A stretch of 51,636 nt of DNA from a virus (lineage: Duplodnaviria > Heunggongvirae > Uroviricota > Caudoviricetes): IMG/VR virus record IMGVR_UViG_3300014204_000115, positions 1 through 51,636 of that record. The stretch is one strand, 5' to 3'. The translations under genes were made by a program, and so were the position numbers. This document shows positions 27,543 through 36,652 of the stretch, one piece after another (positions within the stretch are counted from its first letter, which is position 1; the number at the start of each line of letters is the position of its first letter). The notes under the pieces are model-generated. The model had not been told where the DNA came from. It did no database searches and saw only the letters and a list, made by a program, of their open reading frames with translations.

Positions 27543-28328
27543 ATGAGACTTACATTATTAGGAACAGGTAGTGCTTTTACTCTTGAAAATAGTCAGACTA
27601 ATTACCTAGTTGAAATTGGTGATTTTAAAATGTTAATTGATTGCGGGTCTGATTGTAGAAAAGCGCTATATGAAGTAACAGGTTTAACATATAACGATAT
27701 AAATGCAGTTTTTATAACTCATTTACATGATGATCATTGTTATGGTCTTCCATGGTTGGGATTTGCAAAATATTTTGCTAGGTACGGAGATCCCACAAAA
27801 AAATTAGCATCATTATATGTTTCTAAATCTCTTGTAGATCCATTATGGAATAATTGTTTATCTGGTTCAATGTTGTCTATTGAGGGAAAAGTTATGACGT
27901 TAAATGATTATTTTAATGTAATACCCCTTGATCAAAATGAACAATTTAAACTAGGAGATGCTGTTTTTCAGCCAGTTCAAACTGTACATGTAATGAATGG
28001 TTTTTATATTACACCAAGTTTTGGATTATTAATTTATATAAGAGAAAAAGCTATTTTTATTACAGGGGATACACAATTTTGTCCTGAGCAGCTTATAAAA
28101 TTTTATGATATTGCTGATATTATTTTTCATGATTGTGAAGTTTTATACACACCTGATGGAAAACCAATTGAATCAAAAGTTCATGCACATTATGAGAGAT
28201 TAAAAACATCTCCTTATAGAAATAAAAAAGTATTAATTCATTATCAAGATGGAGCTACTAAATTAAAAGATGCTATTAAAGATGGATTTTTAGGATTTGG
28301 TTTAAAGGGCGAAGTTTATGCATTTTAA
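27543..28328 (+). CDS. MBL-fold hydrolase, Apyc1-like cyclic-nucleotide phosphodiesterase
   Basis: GTGSAF, LIDCG, THLHDDH, LW.N.L.G, L.DYF.V, T.HV, DT.F, FHDC, VHA, HY.D. Confidence 0.8.
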   Translation: MRLTLLGTGSAFTLENSQTNYLVEIGDFKMLIDCGSDCRKALYEVTGLTYNDINAVFITHLHDDHCYGLPWLGFAKYFARYGDPTKKLASLYVSKSLVDPLWNNCLSGSMLSIEGKVMTLNDYFNVIPLDQNEQFKLGDAVFQPVQTVHVMNGFYITPSFGLLIYIREKAIFITGDTQFCPEQLIKFYDIADIIFHDCEVLYTPDGKPIESKVHAHYERLKTSPYRNKKVLIHYQDGATKLKDAIKDGFLGFGLKGEVYAF

Positions 28329-28337
28329 AGGATAGAA

Positions 28338-28529
28338 ATGGAAAATGATACTATTGTAGAAGTAACATTAACAAAATTATATATTTTACCAACTAAAGAT
28401 AAAAATGAAATTGACAAATTAATTCAAGATTGGTTTTCTAAAGAACACATGACTTCATATCACGCTTTTAGAGATTCAAGTGATGTATATGGTTTTCATA
28501 AATTTATTGATTATAAAATTTTAGAATAA
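28338..28529 (+). CDS. Hypothetical protein
   Basis: AAGGA RBS. Confidence 0.65.
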   Translation: MENDTIVEVTLTKLYILPTKDKNEIDKLIQDWFSKEHMTSYHAFRDSSDVYGFHKFIDYKILE

Positions 28530-28554
28530 AAAATTTTATTTAGGAGTTGTTATT

Positions 28555-28953
28555 ATGAATATAGTTCAAAGAAAATATGCAGTTAATAGAATTGAAAAAA
28601 TTTTGCAAGAAAAATTGATGGAAATGGGCCAAGAACATAATAAGTTAGTAAACAAATTTTATGAAGAACGAACTAAAAGGTTGGATGATCTTAGACTATT
28701 AAAAATAAAATTAGTTGATGAGGGAAAGGTAAGACTTAAAAAAGATTGTAATATAAATCCAAATTGTACTATTGATTCAGCTTTTGATTTTTCTAATCTT
28801 GATTGTGTAATTCGAGAATATGATTATACTGAATTTAATAAACAAACTAAAAAGGTAAGAGATAAAGCTAATGAAATAAAAGATAGAATCATGTTAGCTA
28901 GTGATAAAGAAGCTTCAGATGCTATAAAAGAAATGGAAGATTTTAATCTTTAA
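28555..28953 (+). CDS. Hypothetical coiled-coil protein
   Basis: AGGAG RBS. Confidence 0.7.
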   Translation: MNIVQRKYAVNRIEKILQEKLMEMGQEHNKLVNKFYEERTKRLDDLRLLKIKLVDEGKVRLKKDCNINPNCTIDSAFDFSNLDCVIREYDYTEFNKQTKKVRDKANEIKDRIMLASDKEASDAIKEMEDFNL

Positions 28954-28955
28954 TA

Positions 28956-29330
28956 ATGAATATTTCAAGTACATTGATTAATATAGCAACTGATGAGGCT
29001 CAAAAGAGTGATCATAAACAAAAAGTCGGTTGTGTTATTTTTAACAAAAAGAGGATCCTTTCAAAAGGTCATAATACTTGTCAGAAATCAGTAAAAAAAT
29101 TGCATCCTAAATTTCAAAGATACCCATTCAGTGTCCACGCTGAAGTAGATGCAATAATAAAAGCAAAAAAAGATTTGAAAGGATCCTCTATTTTGGTAAT
29201 AAGACTAAATAAAAATAATCAATTTAGATTAAGTAAACCTTGTTCTAAATGTATGAATTATATGGATTATGTAGGAATTAAAAATATTTATTATTCAATA
29301 GACAGATTTCCATATGTGATTAAGTTATAA
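28956..29330 (+). CDS. Zinc-dependent cytidine/dCMP deaminase-family protein
   Basis: VGCVI, G.N, HAE, PCSKC. Confidence 0.88.
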   Translation: MNISSTLINIATDEAQKSDHKQKVGCVIFNKKRILSKGHNTCQKSVKKLHPKFQRYPFSVHAEVDAIIKAKKDLKGSSILVIRLNKNNQFRLSKPCSKCMNYMDYVGIKNIYYSIDRFPYVIKL

Positions 29331-29356
29331 AAATAAATTCAGTATTGATGTAATTT

Positions 29357-29379
29357 CTACATATATTAATATTTGAATA
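29357..29379 (+). promoter_or_regulatory. Putative early promoter
   Basis: CTACATATATTAATATTTGAATA directly before AAGGAG. Confidence 0.55.
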
Positions 29380-29391
29380 GAAGGAGAATAG

Positions 29392-29541
29392 TTGAATAGT
29401 TGTTTGTTTAAAGAATATACAATATTGGATAAGTGTAATTTTTTATGGGATTGTAAAAATTGTGAATCCTTTCAAAAAATTAAATCTATTGCAGCTGGAA
29501 AATTTATAGATAGACTAATAATTAAGAAAAGAAGGAGATGA
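29392..29541 (+). CDS. 49-aa Cys-containing protein (TTG start)
   Basis: AAGGAG RBS; MNSCLFKEY...CKNC...; ATGA overlap with next gene. Confidence 0.55.
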   Translation: MNSCLFKEYTILDKCNFLWDCKNCESFQKIKSIAAGKFIDRLIIKKRRR

Positions 29542-29951
29542 GAACAATGATTAGTATCTATAAAGATATTAAAGATATGAAATGTGGCGAGTATTTATCT
29601 CCAAGAGTTAAAGCAATAAGAGATCTTCAATTCTGTTCTTCTAAAGATGAAAAAGGTGTTCCTCTCTTAAGCTTAAGGTTAGCAAAAGAAGCAATAGATG
29701 ATATGATGTTCAATAAGAAACCATTTTTATTGGCTAACGATTCCTCTCGTTTTTTAAATATATCTCATCTTGTTGATTGTGGATTCTCTGTAAATTTTTT
29801 ACAAGATGAGGATTCTAATTTAAAAGATTGTATAAAAAATAAATTAAACGATGTTAAAAGATATGTTGAAAATATTTGTCATGATGATCCAAAAGATGCA
29901 AGAGTTTGTCATGAAATTATTAGATTTATCAACTATCTTCAATCAACATGA
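29538..29951 (+). CDS. Hypothetical protein with bL12 C-terminal-like motif
   Basis: RVKAIRDL...LSLRLAKEAID. Confidence 0.6.
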   Translation: MRTMISIYKDIKDMKCGEYLSPRVKAIRDLQFCSSKDEKGVPLLSLRLAKEAIDDMMFNKKPFLLANDSSRFLNISHLVDCGFSVNFLQDEDSNLKDCIKNKLNDVKRYVENICHDDPKDARVCHEIIRFINYLQST

Positions 29952-29961
29952 TAAAGAAAAA

Positions 29962-30068
29962 GGTGTTGCAAAACAACCTATAAAGATCTGTGAAGATTGA
30001 TATAGGTCTTAGGGTCCCCATTCTAAAGTTTTGCAACACCCATTTTTACATTTTAAGAAAAATGGGGA
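29962..30068. ncRNA. Candidate structured RNA (three-way junction, alternative pairings)
   Basis: 13-bp stem 29962-29974/30028-30040 enclosing two hairpins; loop complementary to 30061-30068 and 30192-30203. Confidence 0.5.
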
Positions 30069-30114
30069 ATATAAAATAAATAGAAATAATAATTGAAAGG
30101 GGGTGAGGAAATAA

Positions 30115-30243
30115 TTGTTTAGGATGCAAGGGAAACTAAATAAAAATTTATTAGTTGCATCAAGAAAACAAGTTTATGAAAATCTGGAGAAAGAATGGGG
30201 ACCTGCGGATGAAACTCAACTTTCAACCAAAAAAAGAAGGTAA
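30115..30243 (+). CDS. 42-aa small protein
   Basis: Strong AGGGGGTGAGG SD; TTG 30115 (or ATG 30124) to TAA. Confidence 0.5.
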   Translation: MFRMQGKLNKNLLVASRKQVYENLEKEWGPADETQLSTKKRR

Positions 30244-30286
30244 ACTTTTTAAACCAAATATTTACATAAATAAAATAAAATTCTAG

Positions 30287-30336
30287 AAAAACTATTCTTA
30301 GAGACTAAAAAGTCTTCTAAGAATAAATAGTTTTTT
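30287..30336 (+). terminator. Intrinsic terminator
   Basis: Bulged stem tattcttagagact / agtcttctaagaata then T-tract. Confidence 0.55.
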
Positions 30337-30373
30337 GTTAATTTTTATTTTTTGTTTAGTTTTTCTAGTAACT

Positions 30374-30400
30374 ACTACATATATTAATTTTTGAAAATAA
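30374..30400 (+). promoter_or_regulatory. Putative early promoter
   Basis: ACTACATATATTAATTTTTGAAAATAA. Confidence 0.55.
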
Positions 30401-30426
30401 ATAAAATTTGTTAAAAGGAAAAAATT

Positions 30427-30819
30427 ATGAAAAAAATATACATAGTAATAATTATTCTTTTTCTATCAGGATGTTCTACAAATAGATTTTTGAGTCAGGG
30501 TTATGTAGAACATGAAAATTTTCTAAGATTAATAAATGGAGAAAATAACTTTGAATTAAAAACTATAAATTTAAAAGATTTAAAGATCGTAATTGTAGAT
30601 GATCAGGTTAAGATGCCCTGTATCTATAATTACGAAAAAGGTAGAGAGTTTGTAGGATGTGCAGTTGTTAATGCATATAGTAATACAATATATGTTAAGG
30701 GGAAAAAGACCAAGAATGGTTTAGTTGTCTCACCTTCTGTTATTGGACATGAATTAATCCATATTATAGAAGGCGGAGATATAATGTTAATTCATGATTA
30801 TGATAAAATAAAAGATTAA
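30427..30819 (+). CDS. Lipoprotein with HExxH motif
   Basis: Lipobox LSGC; GHELIH. Confidence 0.75.
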   Translation: MKKIYIVIIILFLSGCSTNRFLSQGYVEHENFLRLINGENNFELKTINLKDLKIVIVDDQVKMPCIYNYEKGREFVGCAVVNAYSNTIYVKGKKTKNGLVVSPSVIGHELIHIIEGGDIMLIHDYDKIKD

Positions 30820-30863
30820 TTCAGAAAGGATTATAAATCCTATAAATAAAAAGGAGAACTAAG

Positions 30864-31706
30864 ATGAAAAGTAAAATTGGATTATTGATTGTCATTGGAC
30901 TCATAATTTTAAACCCAATACAATCAGAGGGAAAGTCAACATCTCAGATTTTAAATACAGAATCTATAGCTTTATCTATTTCATCTCATCTTTCTGTAGG
31001 AGGAAATAGAACAGTTGTGGTATTGGATTTTGTAAATGCAGGAGGAGATGTTAGTGAATTGGGAAATTTTATTTCTGATGAACTTTCTGCAGACCTGTCA
31101 TTAAAAACAAAAGTTATAATTGACAGAGATTATTTAAAAGATGTAATGAGAAAATGTAATTTATGTGAATCAGATCTTTTAAATAATAAAACAATTAAAG
31201 AACTTGGAAAAATTTCTGGAGCGGATTCTTTAATCGTAGGAACGATTACAAAATTTGGAAAAAATATGAGAGTATCATGTAAAGTAATTGATGTAGAAAG
31301 TTCAAATATTATTCATGTGGAGAGATGGGACATTAAAAGAAATCCGCAGGTTGATAGATTATTTGGTACTATCCTCTATGAGAAAGAAATAAAAGTAAAA
31401 AGAGTAAAGAAAGAGGATTCTAATAATAATCCTCTTTTACGACTATTAATGCAAGAAACAGAGGAGGAAAATAACTATACAATAGACATAAAAGTACGTC
31501 CAATTAGAGTTATATCTGATTGTGAGGCTACTCCTGGAAATTATTATGCAACTGTTGTATACACATGTATTTTCACAAAACCATATGATAGAAGTATGTT
31601 TCAAAATACAGTTGAAATTTCTGGGAGAATTAGAAGAGCATTTCTATCAACAGGTTACAGAATGAGTGGTTTTCGAAAGTTATATAGAGAGTGTGAGAAG
31701 AAGTAA
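30864..31706 (+). CDS. Secreted FlgO/CsgG-like domain protein
   Basis: Signal peptide; VVVLDFVN, IIDR..L..V, ELGKISGADSLIVGTI, KVIDVES..I. Confidence 0.75.
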   Translation: MKSKIGLLIVIGLIILNPIQSEGKSTSQILNTESIALSISSHLSVGGNRTVVVLDFVNAGGDVSELGNFISDELSADLSLKTKVIIDRDYLKDVMRKCNLCESDLLNNKTIKELGKISGADSLIVGTITKFGKNMRVSCKVIDVESSNIIHVERWDIKRNPQVDRLFGTILYEKEIKVKRVKKEDSNNNPLLRLLMQETEEENNYTIDIKVRPIRVISDCEATPGNYYATVVYTCIFTKPYDRSMFQNTVEISGRIRRAFLSTGYRMSGFRKLYRECEKK

Positions 31707-31711
31707 AAAAT

Positions 31712-31741
31712 AAAAAATGGGCAAAGTAACGCTCATTTTTT
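31712..31741 (+). terminator. Intrinsic terminator
   Basis: aaaaaatgggc / gctcatttttt. Confidence 0.55.
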
Positions 31742-31763
31742 GTAACTAAAACTAGGAGGAAAT

Positions 31764-32222
31764 ATGTTGAATGAAGAAGATGAAGAGATTAAATTTATAA
31801 TTGAAGAATTTAGAAATTATGGTAAAAATTTTAATAATTCATATAATTTAGTATCTGATAAACAAATTAAACTACTAAAAGAATTTATTTCTGATTTTGC
31901 TGAATTAACAGAAAAATCTACCAAGATAGATATATTCTTTGATGTTAGGTATATTTTTCTTAATTTAATGACAGCTATAACTATTGATCCAATATGTCTA
32001 GAAGAAATAGAAATTCTTATATCAGAATATTTAAAACCAAGAATTATAAAATCAATTATGAATCTAGATGAACACCTAGAAAAAGTAAAAAAATTTATTC
32101 CTGATGATGTATTTTTTAATGATAAATTTGGTCTATTAACAAAAGAAAAAGAATATTTAAATTTATTTGAACCAGATGGTCGTCAGTTAACAATTGATGA
32201 TTTAATTAATGAGAAAGGATGA
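31764..32222 (+). CDS. Acidic hypothetical protein
   Basis: AGGAGG RBS; overlaps ligase start. Confidence 0.7.
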   Translation: MLNEEDEEIKFIIEEFRNYGKNFNNSYNLVSDKQIKLLKEFISDFAELTEKSTKIDIFFDVRYIFLNLMTAITIDPICLEEIEILISEYLKPRIIKSIMNLDEHLEKVKKFIPDDVFFNDKFGLLTKEKEYLNLFEPDGRQLTIDDLINEKG

Positions 32223-34042
32223 TAATGAATAACATAGAACTATTAAAATATTATGATAATTTATATTTTAATGAAGGAACAAGTCCATTAACTGATACAG
32301 AATATGATTTATTAAGATCACAAACTAAAAAAGAATTTCCAAATGACCCATATTTTTTAGAAGTTGGTAATAAAATTGATTCTAAATATGAAGAAATTAA
32401 ACTTCCATTTGTTATTGGTGGTTTAGATAAAGTAGATATAGAAACGGTTGAAGATTGGATAAGAAAAGAAAGAGGAGATGTAGTTGCTTCTGAAAAATTA
32501 GATGGAAATAGTATTATATGTTCATGGAAAAATCATCAATTAATTCTTGCTGCATCTAGAGGAGATGGACAAAAAGGTCAAAATATCTTAAATAAAATAA
32601 AATATGCAGTTCATCCCATTCCTATTAAGGAAAAAGTAACTTTAAGAGGGGAAGTATTATTAGAAGGAGAAGTATTTAAAGAATTAGGATTTAAAAATAG
32701 AAGAAATGCAGTAACAGGAATGTTAAGAAGAGATGAAATAGATCCCAACATTCTTAAAAAGCTATCAGTAATTTTTTATGAAGTTATTGAGGCTCCTAAA
32801 TATTATAATTTAGATAATGAAGTCAAAAGGTTTATTTTTATTAGTGATATTTTAAAATTAAAAATTCCAATTTTCGCAACAATCGAACAAGATTGTAATA
32901 TTCCTCTAACTTTATCCAGATTTTTAATTGAACAAAAAGAATTTGCAACTTATGATATTGATGGATTAGTATTAACAAGATATTATTCAACAAGAGAAAA
33001 TACAATGCATCCAATAAATAAAGTTAAATTTAAAGTAAATGAATTAGCTAAAAGATGTGTTGTTATTGGAATTGAATGGAATGTTACTAGAATGGGTTAT
33101 ATCAAACCGGTAATTCTAATTGAACCTGTAGATATTATGGGGGTTACAGTATCAAGAGTTTCTGGTTTTAATTTACAATTTATAGTTGACAATGGTATTG
33201 ATAAAGAATCAGTTATTGGAGTGGTTAGATCAGGAGATGTAATCCCTTATGTAACTGAAGTTTTTGAACGGGCAGAAACTATAATTCCTGATAAATGTCC
33301 TGATTGTAATGGGTCTGTTAAAATAATTAGTAAAGAATTAATTTGCACTAATCCAAAATGTTTTCATAAAAATGTTCAAGAAGTAGCTCATTTCTTTATT
33401 GAGATGGGTGTAGACGGTATGTCGGATAAGACTATTGAAAACATCGGAATTACTAGTATTAAAGAAATGTACCTCTTAACTAGAGAAAACATATCAAAAT
33501 TACCAGGTTTTGGTGAGAAAAAGGCTGAAATAATAGTAAATGAAGTTCAGAAAACTTTGAGAATAAAACCGGAGAAACTTTTAGCTTCTTTTGGTATTCC
33601 TTTAATTGGAAAAACATTATCTAAACAACTATGCTCAAGGTTTACTATTGATGAATTATTCAATATTAAAGATCCTGATAAATTAGGTTTAGGACCAATT
33701 ACATCAAAATCTTTAATTGATAATATTGTAAATTATAAAGAATTATACAATTTCTTAAAATCAATTGGTTTACAATTTTTGGAGGAAAATATGGAAGAAA
33801 AAACATTAAAAGGATTTACTTTTTCATTGACTGGAGAAGGTCCAATGAAAAGATCTGAAATTCAAAAGTTAATCGAGAAAGTTGGAGGAGAGGTAAAGGG
33901 AATCGGAAGAGGAGTTAATTATTTAGTAACAAATGATCCAAATTCAACAAGTGGTAAAATGAAAAGTGCAGCAAAATTTGGAGTATCAGTAATTAGTTAT
34001 GATACATTATTCAAAGAATATCTAATGGTAAATATTGATTAA
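32219..34042 (+). CDS. ligA: NAD-dependent DNA ligase
   Basis: D.EYD, EKLDG, SRGDG, RGE, RNA..G, IDGLV, RSGDVIP, C4 zinc finger, HhH, BRCT. Confidence 0.95.
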   Translation: MIMNNIELLKYYDNLYFNEGTSPLTDTEYDLLRSQTKKEFPNDPYFLEVGNKIDSKYEEIKLPFVIGGLDKVDIETVEDWIRKERGDVVASEKLDGNSIICSWKNHQLILAASRGDGQKGQNILNKIKYAVHPIPIKEKVTLRGEVLLEGEVFKELGFKNRRNAVTGMLRRDEIDPNILKKLSVIFYEVIEAPKYYNLDNEVKRFIFISDILKLKIPIFATIEQDCNIPLTLSRFLIEQKEFATYDIDGLVLTRYYSTRENTMHPINKVKFKVNELAKRCVVIGIEWNVTRMGYIKPVILIEPVDIMGVTVSRVSGFNLQFIVDNGIDKESVIGVVRSGDVIPYVTEVFERAETIIPDKCPDCNGSVKIISKELICTNPKCFHKNVQEVAHFFIEMGVDGMSDKTIENIGITSIKEMYLLTRENISKLPGFGEKKAEIIVNEVQKTLRIKPEKLLASFGIPLIGKTLSKQLCSRFTIDELFNIKDPDKLGLGPITSKSLIDNIVNYKELYNFLKSIGLQFLEENMEEKTLKGFTFSLTGEGPMKRSEIQKLIEKVGGEVKGIGRGVNYLVTNDPNSTSGKMKSAAKFGVSVISYDTLFKEYLMVNID

Positions 34043-34179
34043 AATGAGTAATGAAATTGAAGATTTAGAAAAAGATATTAATCTTTCAAAAAGAATGGTT
34101 GGTTTCTTGAGTGGAAGAATAAGGTCAATTTATGAAAATAGAATAATGGAAAAAGAGGAAAGGTTAAAATTATTAAAAA

Positions 34180-34380
34180 ATGAAAATAAAAATGGAACGT
34201 GTTAATAATAGATATTGGATAGCAGATTTTATAGAATTACCAGGTTCTCCTTATATTGGAACAGGAAGAACTAAGGTAGAAGCAGTTATCGCATTATTTA
34301 TTAGAAACAAGAAAGACATTCTTAAATTAGATTTTACAAAAGTTGAAATTAATGGAATCTTATGGAGAGAAGGAAAATGA
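34180..34380 (+). CDS. HicB-like protein
   Basis: YWIADFIELPG...G.T..EA. Confidence 0.6.
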   Translation: MKIKMERVNNRYWIADFIELPGSPYIGTGRTKVEAVIALFIRNKKDILKLDFTKVEINGILWREGK

Positions 34381-34790
34381 GATTAATTAAAGATCCAGAA
34401 TCTGGTTGGATAAAAGAAATCCTTTCCCTTGAGGATTTTCAGAATAGTTTAATTAAACTTGAAAATCTAATTAAAAATAGCGGTATAAAATATACAAATA
34501 TTATTGCTATTCCAAGAGGAGGTTTAGTAGCAGGTGTTTGGTTAAGTCATCATTTAAATATTCCAATGATAATGAGAACTCCTTATTTAACCTTTGGTCC
34601 AATTTTAATCGTTGATGATATTGCAGATACAGGAAAAACACTATCTAAAACAGATCCTAAAATGCACTCAGCTTGTCTTTATTATAAAAAACGATCAATT
34701 GTAAAACCAACATATTATGCTGAAGAAACTGAAAATTGGATAGTCTTTCCGTGGGAATTAATTAATGGAGAAATCAATAGGGAGATATAA
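34377..34790 (+). CDS. Type I purine phosphoribosyltransferase (Gpt-like)
   Basis: IAIPRGGL, LIVDDIADTG.T, WIVFPWE; start via ATGA overlap (track gives 34362). Confidence 0.88.
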   Translation: MRLIKDPESGWIKEILSLEDFQNSLIKLENLIKNSGIKYTNIIAIPRGGLVAGVWLSHHLNIPMIMRTPYLTFGPILIVDDIADTGKTLSKTDPKMHSACLYYKKRSIVKPTYYAEETENWIVFPWELINGEINREI

Positions 34791-35017
34791 TGGAAGAGCT
34801 GAATAGATTAATAAAAGAAATGAATGAAAAAAATGGAAAAGTTGAATCAAGAATACCGATTGGTTTTGAAAAAACTTGTGAATGTAAATTTATTATTCCA
34901 GATTTTATAAGTGGTACTTTTAAAATGATTGATAATGGTCTGTTAAGGATTAAAAAATTTTTAAAAATTGATAGATATTTCTGTCCTAAGTGTGGGATTG
35001 AACTAAACAGAAGATAA
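34790..35017 (+). CDS. Zinc-ribbon hypothetical protein
   Basis: CEC...FCPKCG. Confidence 0.7.
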   Translation: MEELNRLIKEMNEKNGKVESRIPIGFEKTCECKFIIPDFISGTFKMIDNGLLRIKKFLKIDRYFCPKCGIELNRR

Positions 35018-35036
35018 GAATTAAAGTATAGTTTTG

Positions 35037-35064
35037 AAAAATAACTCTTATTGAGTTATTTTTT
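35037..35064 (+). terminator. Intrinsic terminator
   Basis: aaaaataactc / gagttattttt. Confidence 0.65.
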
Positions 35065-35084
35065 GTTTATTTTTTATAACTATT

Positions 35085-35109
35085 ACTATATATATTAAAT
35101 TTAAAATAA
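35085..35109 (+). promoter_or_regulatory. Putative early promoter
   Basis: ACTATATATATTAAATTTAAAATAA before AAGGAG. Confidence 0.55.
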
Positions 35110-35128
35110 ATAATAAAGGAGATTTAAA

Positions 35129-35335
35129 ATGAAAAAAATAATGATTAAAGATATCGACATGAAATTATTTTTCTATCTTTTCGCAAATTTTAGTATTGAT
35201 CTTGATGAAAATGAAAAAGCTATATTTGGTCTTCCATCTGAAAAATCCCGTGATCAAGCTATTCATGATTGGACTTTTTCAGACTATGAAAGAGAAATTA
35301 AAATGAAATATGAAAAAAATCATACACATGATTAA
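35129..35335 (+). CDS. Hypothetical early protein
   Basis: AAGGAG RBS. Confidence 0.7.
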   Translation: MKKIMIKDIDMKLFFYLFANFSIDLDENEKAIFGLPSEKSRDQAIHDWTFSDYEREIKMKYEKNHTHD

Positions 35336-35340
35336 GGAGA

Positions 35341-35646
35341 ATGAGAATGGAAGAAAATCAAAAAGTTTGTAGAATTGGTCAAATTGTTCAAGCTATTCAT
35401 AGGATTGCGTGGCAAAGAGCAAAAAACGCGGAAGGTTTTGATCAGGCGTCGCATAATAAGCTAGGGCTATGTATTGGACCAAGATGCGCTCTTTGGAAAG
35501 TATTATATCCAGAATATAAGAGAGAAGCTCATGATGGCGGAAAAGAATACGTTATGCAACTTGCGTATGAAACAGGAAGAAAAGCTTATTTCATTTATCC
35601 ACATTGGATTGTTGATGAAGGTGGATGTTGCGGTTTAATTAAATAA
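35341..35646 (+). CDS. Hypothetical Cys-containing protein
   Basis: AAGGAG RBS (start may be 35347); CIGPRCALW...GCCGL. Confidence 0.7.
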   Translation: MRMEENQKVCRIGQIVQAIHRIAWQRAKNAEGFDQASHNKLGLCIGPRCALWKVLYPEYKREAHDGGKEYVMQLAYETGRKAYFIYPHWIVDEGGCCGLIK

Positions 35647-35850
35647 GGAGATAAAAAATGTGGACTATACTGTTCTCAAATTCATGGTTTAAATGGAGAA
35701 AGAGCAGTTCAAAAGGTTTTTTCTACATCATCAATTAGGCTTGAAGAATTTAAAGAAATACTTGGTGCATTATCTATTCATTGGCAAGAGATATATAAGA
35801 CAAGAGTTAAATTTGAATAGAATAATAAATAAAAGAATAGGAGAAATAAA

Positions 35851-36321
35851 ATGGAAGATAAAATTAAAAAAGTATTTACTGCTACATCATACGGAAAAAC
35901 AACAAGTCTAATTGCAATCAGTGATATTGTTGATACATATTACACATTTGAAGATTTAAAGAAAGATTTTTGCAAAAGATTACGAGATCTCAACACCAAT
36001 CTTTTCGGAGTAGGAATTGAAGTTGGATCTCTAAAAGCAAAAGATCCTCGAGAATGTCATTTTTTCATGTACACTCCAGTTTTCGAAAAACAAAAACTAT
36101 ATCAGAAGATTCCATTCGTAATAAATGAAGAAACAAAAACAACTTTAATTGATGCTTTTGCATGCATCGGAACCAAATTCGGCCTAGACTCTCTTGACTG
36201 TTTCGTTGAAATCAAGAGCTCGGAAATGGGCTCTGGAATTGTGTGGGCTGAAGTGTATTATGTCTCCAATTCCCTTTATCCGGCACTCATAATTGAGTGT
36301 AACGAGTTTGTATATTTTTAA
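35851..36321 (+). CDS. Hypothetical protein
   Basis: AGGAG RBS. Confidence 0.7.
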   Translation: MEDKIKKVFTATSYGKTTSLIAISDIVDTYYTFEDLKKDFCKRLRDLNTNLFGVGIEVGSLKAKDPRECHFFMYTPVFEKQKLYQKIPFVINEETKTTLIDAFACIGTKFGLDSLDCFVEIKSSEMGSGIVWAEVYYVSNSLYPALIIECNEFVYF

Positions 36322-36332
36322 AAGAGGAATCC

Positions 36333-36458
36333 ATGGGGCAAGCTAATTTAAAAAAATCATTGAATAAAAAACGGTTAAGGTTTTTTCATTTAATGAATAA
36401 AATCTCAAATTACTCAAAACAAGAAATAACAGAATTTGCAGATAGGAGGAAATTATGA
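36333..36458 (+). CDS. 41-aa basic protein
   Basis: GAGG RBS; MGQANLKKSL...; ATGA overlap with next gene. Confidence 0.5.
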   Translation: MGQANLKKSLNKKRLRFFHLMNKISNYSKQEITEFADRRKL

Positions 36459-36652
36459 GAATTAAGATTAATACAGAAAATTATAAATTAGGAGATACTA
36501 AAATAGTAGAAAAATTTTTAACTCTCCCATTAACAATTGGTAATGAAAAAAGATGGTTGGAAACATGTAGATATAAAGTAAGGTGTTGGAGAATTTATCG
36601 AGAAGGAAATTATACTAAATACGGATGGGCTCCAGTTGAATGGATAGACTAA
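36455..36652 (+). CDS. Hypothetical protein
   Basis: AGGAGG RBS. Confidence 0.7.
   Translation: MRIKINTENYKLGDTKIVEKFLTLPLTIGNEKRWLETCRYKVRCWRIYREGNYTKYGWAPVEWID

Noticed and set aside
29962-30100. Group I intron, hammerhead, tRNA or CRISPR-repeat identity for the structured element
   Set aside because: No catalytic core consensus, cloverleaf or repeated copies recognised.
34044-34205. 53-aa ORF after ligase
   Set aside because: Fills the gap but has no clear RBS or motif; unresolved.
35693-35911. 72-aa ORF from the track
   Set aside because: No RBS and 61-bp overlap with the RBS-supported 35851 gene.
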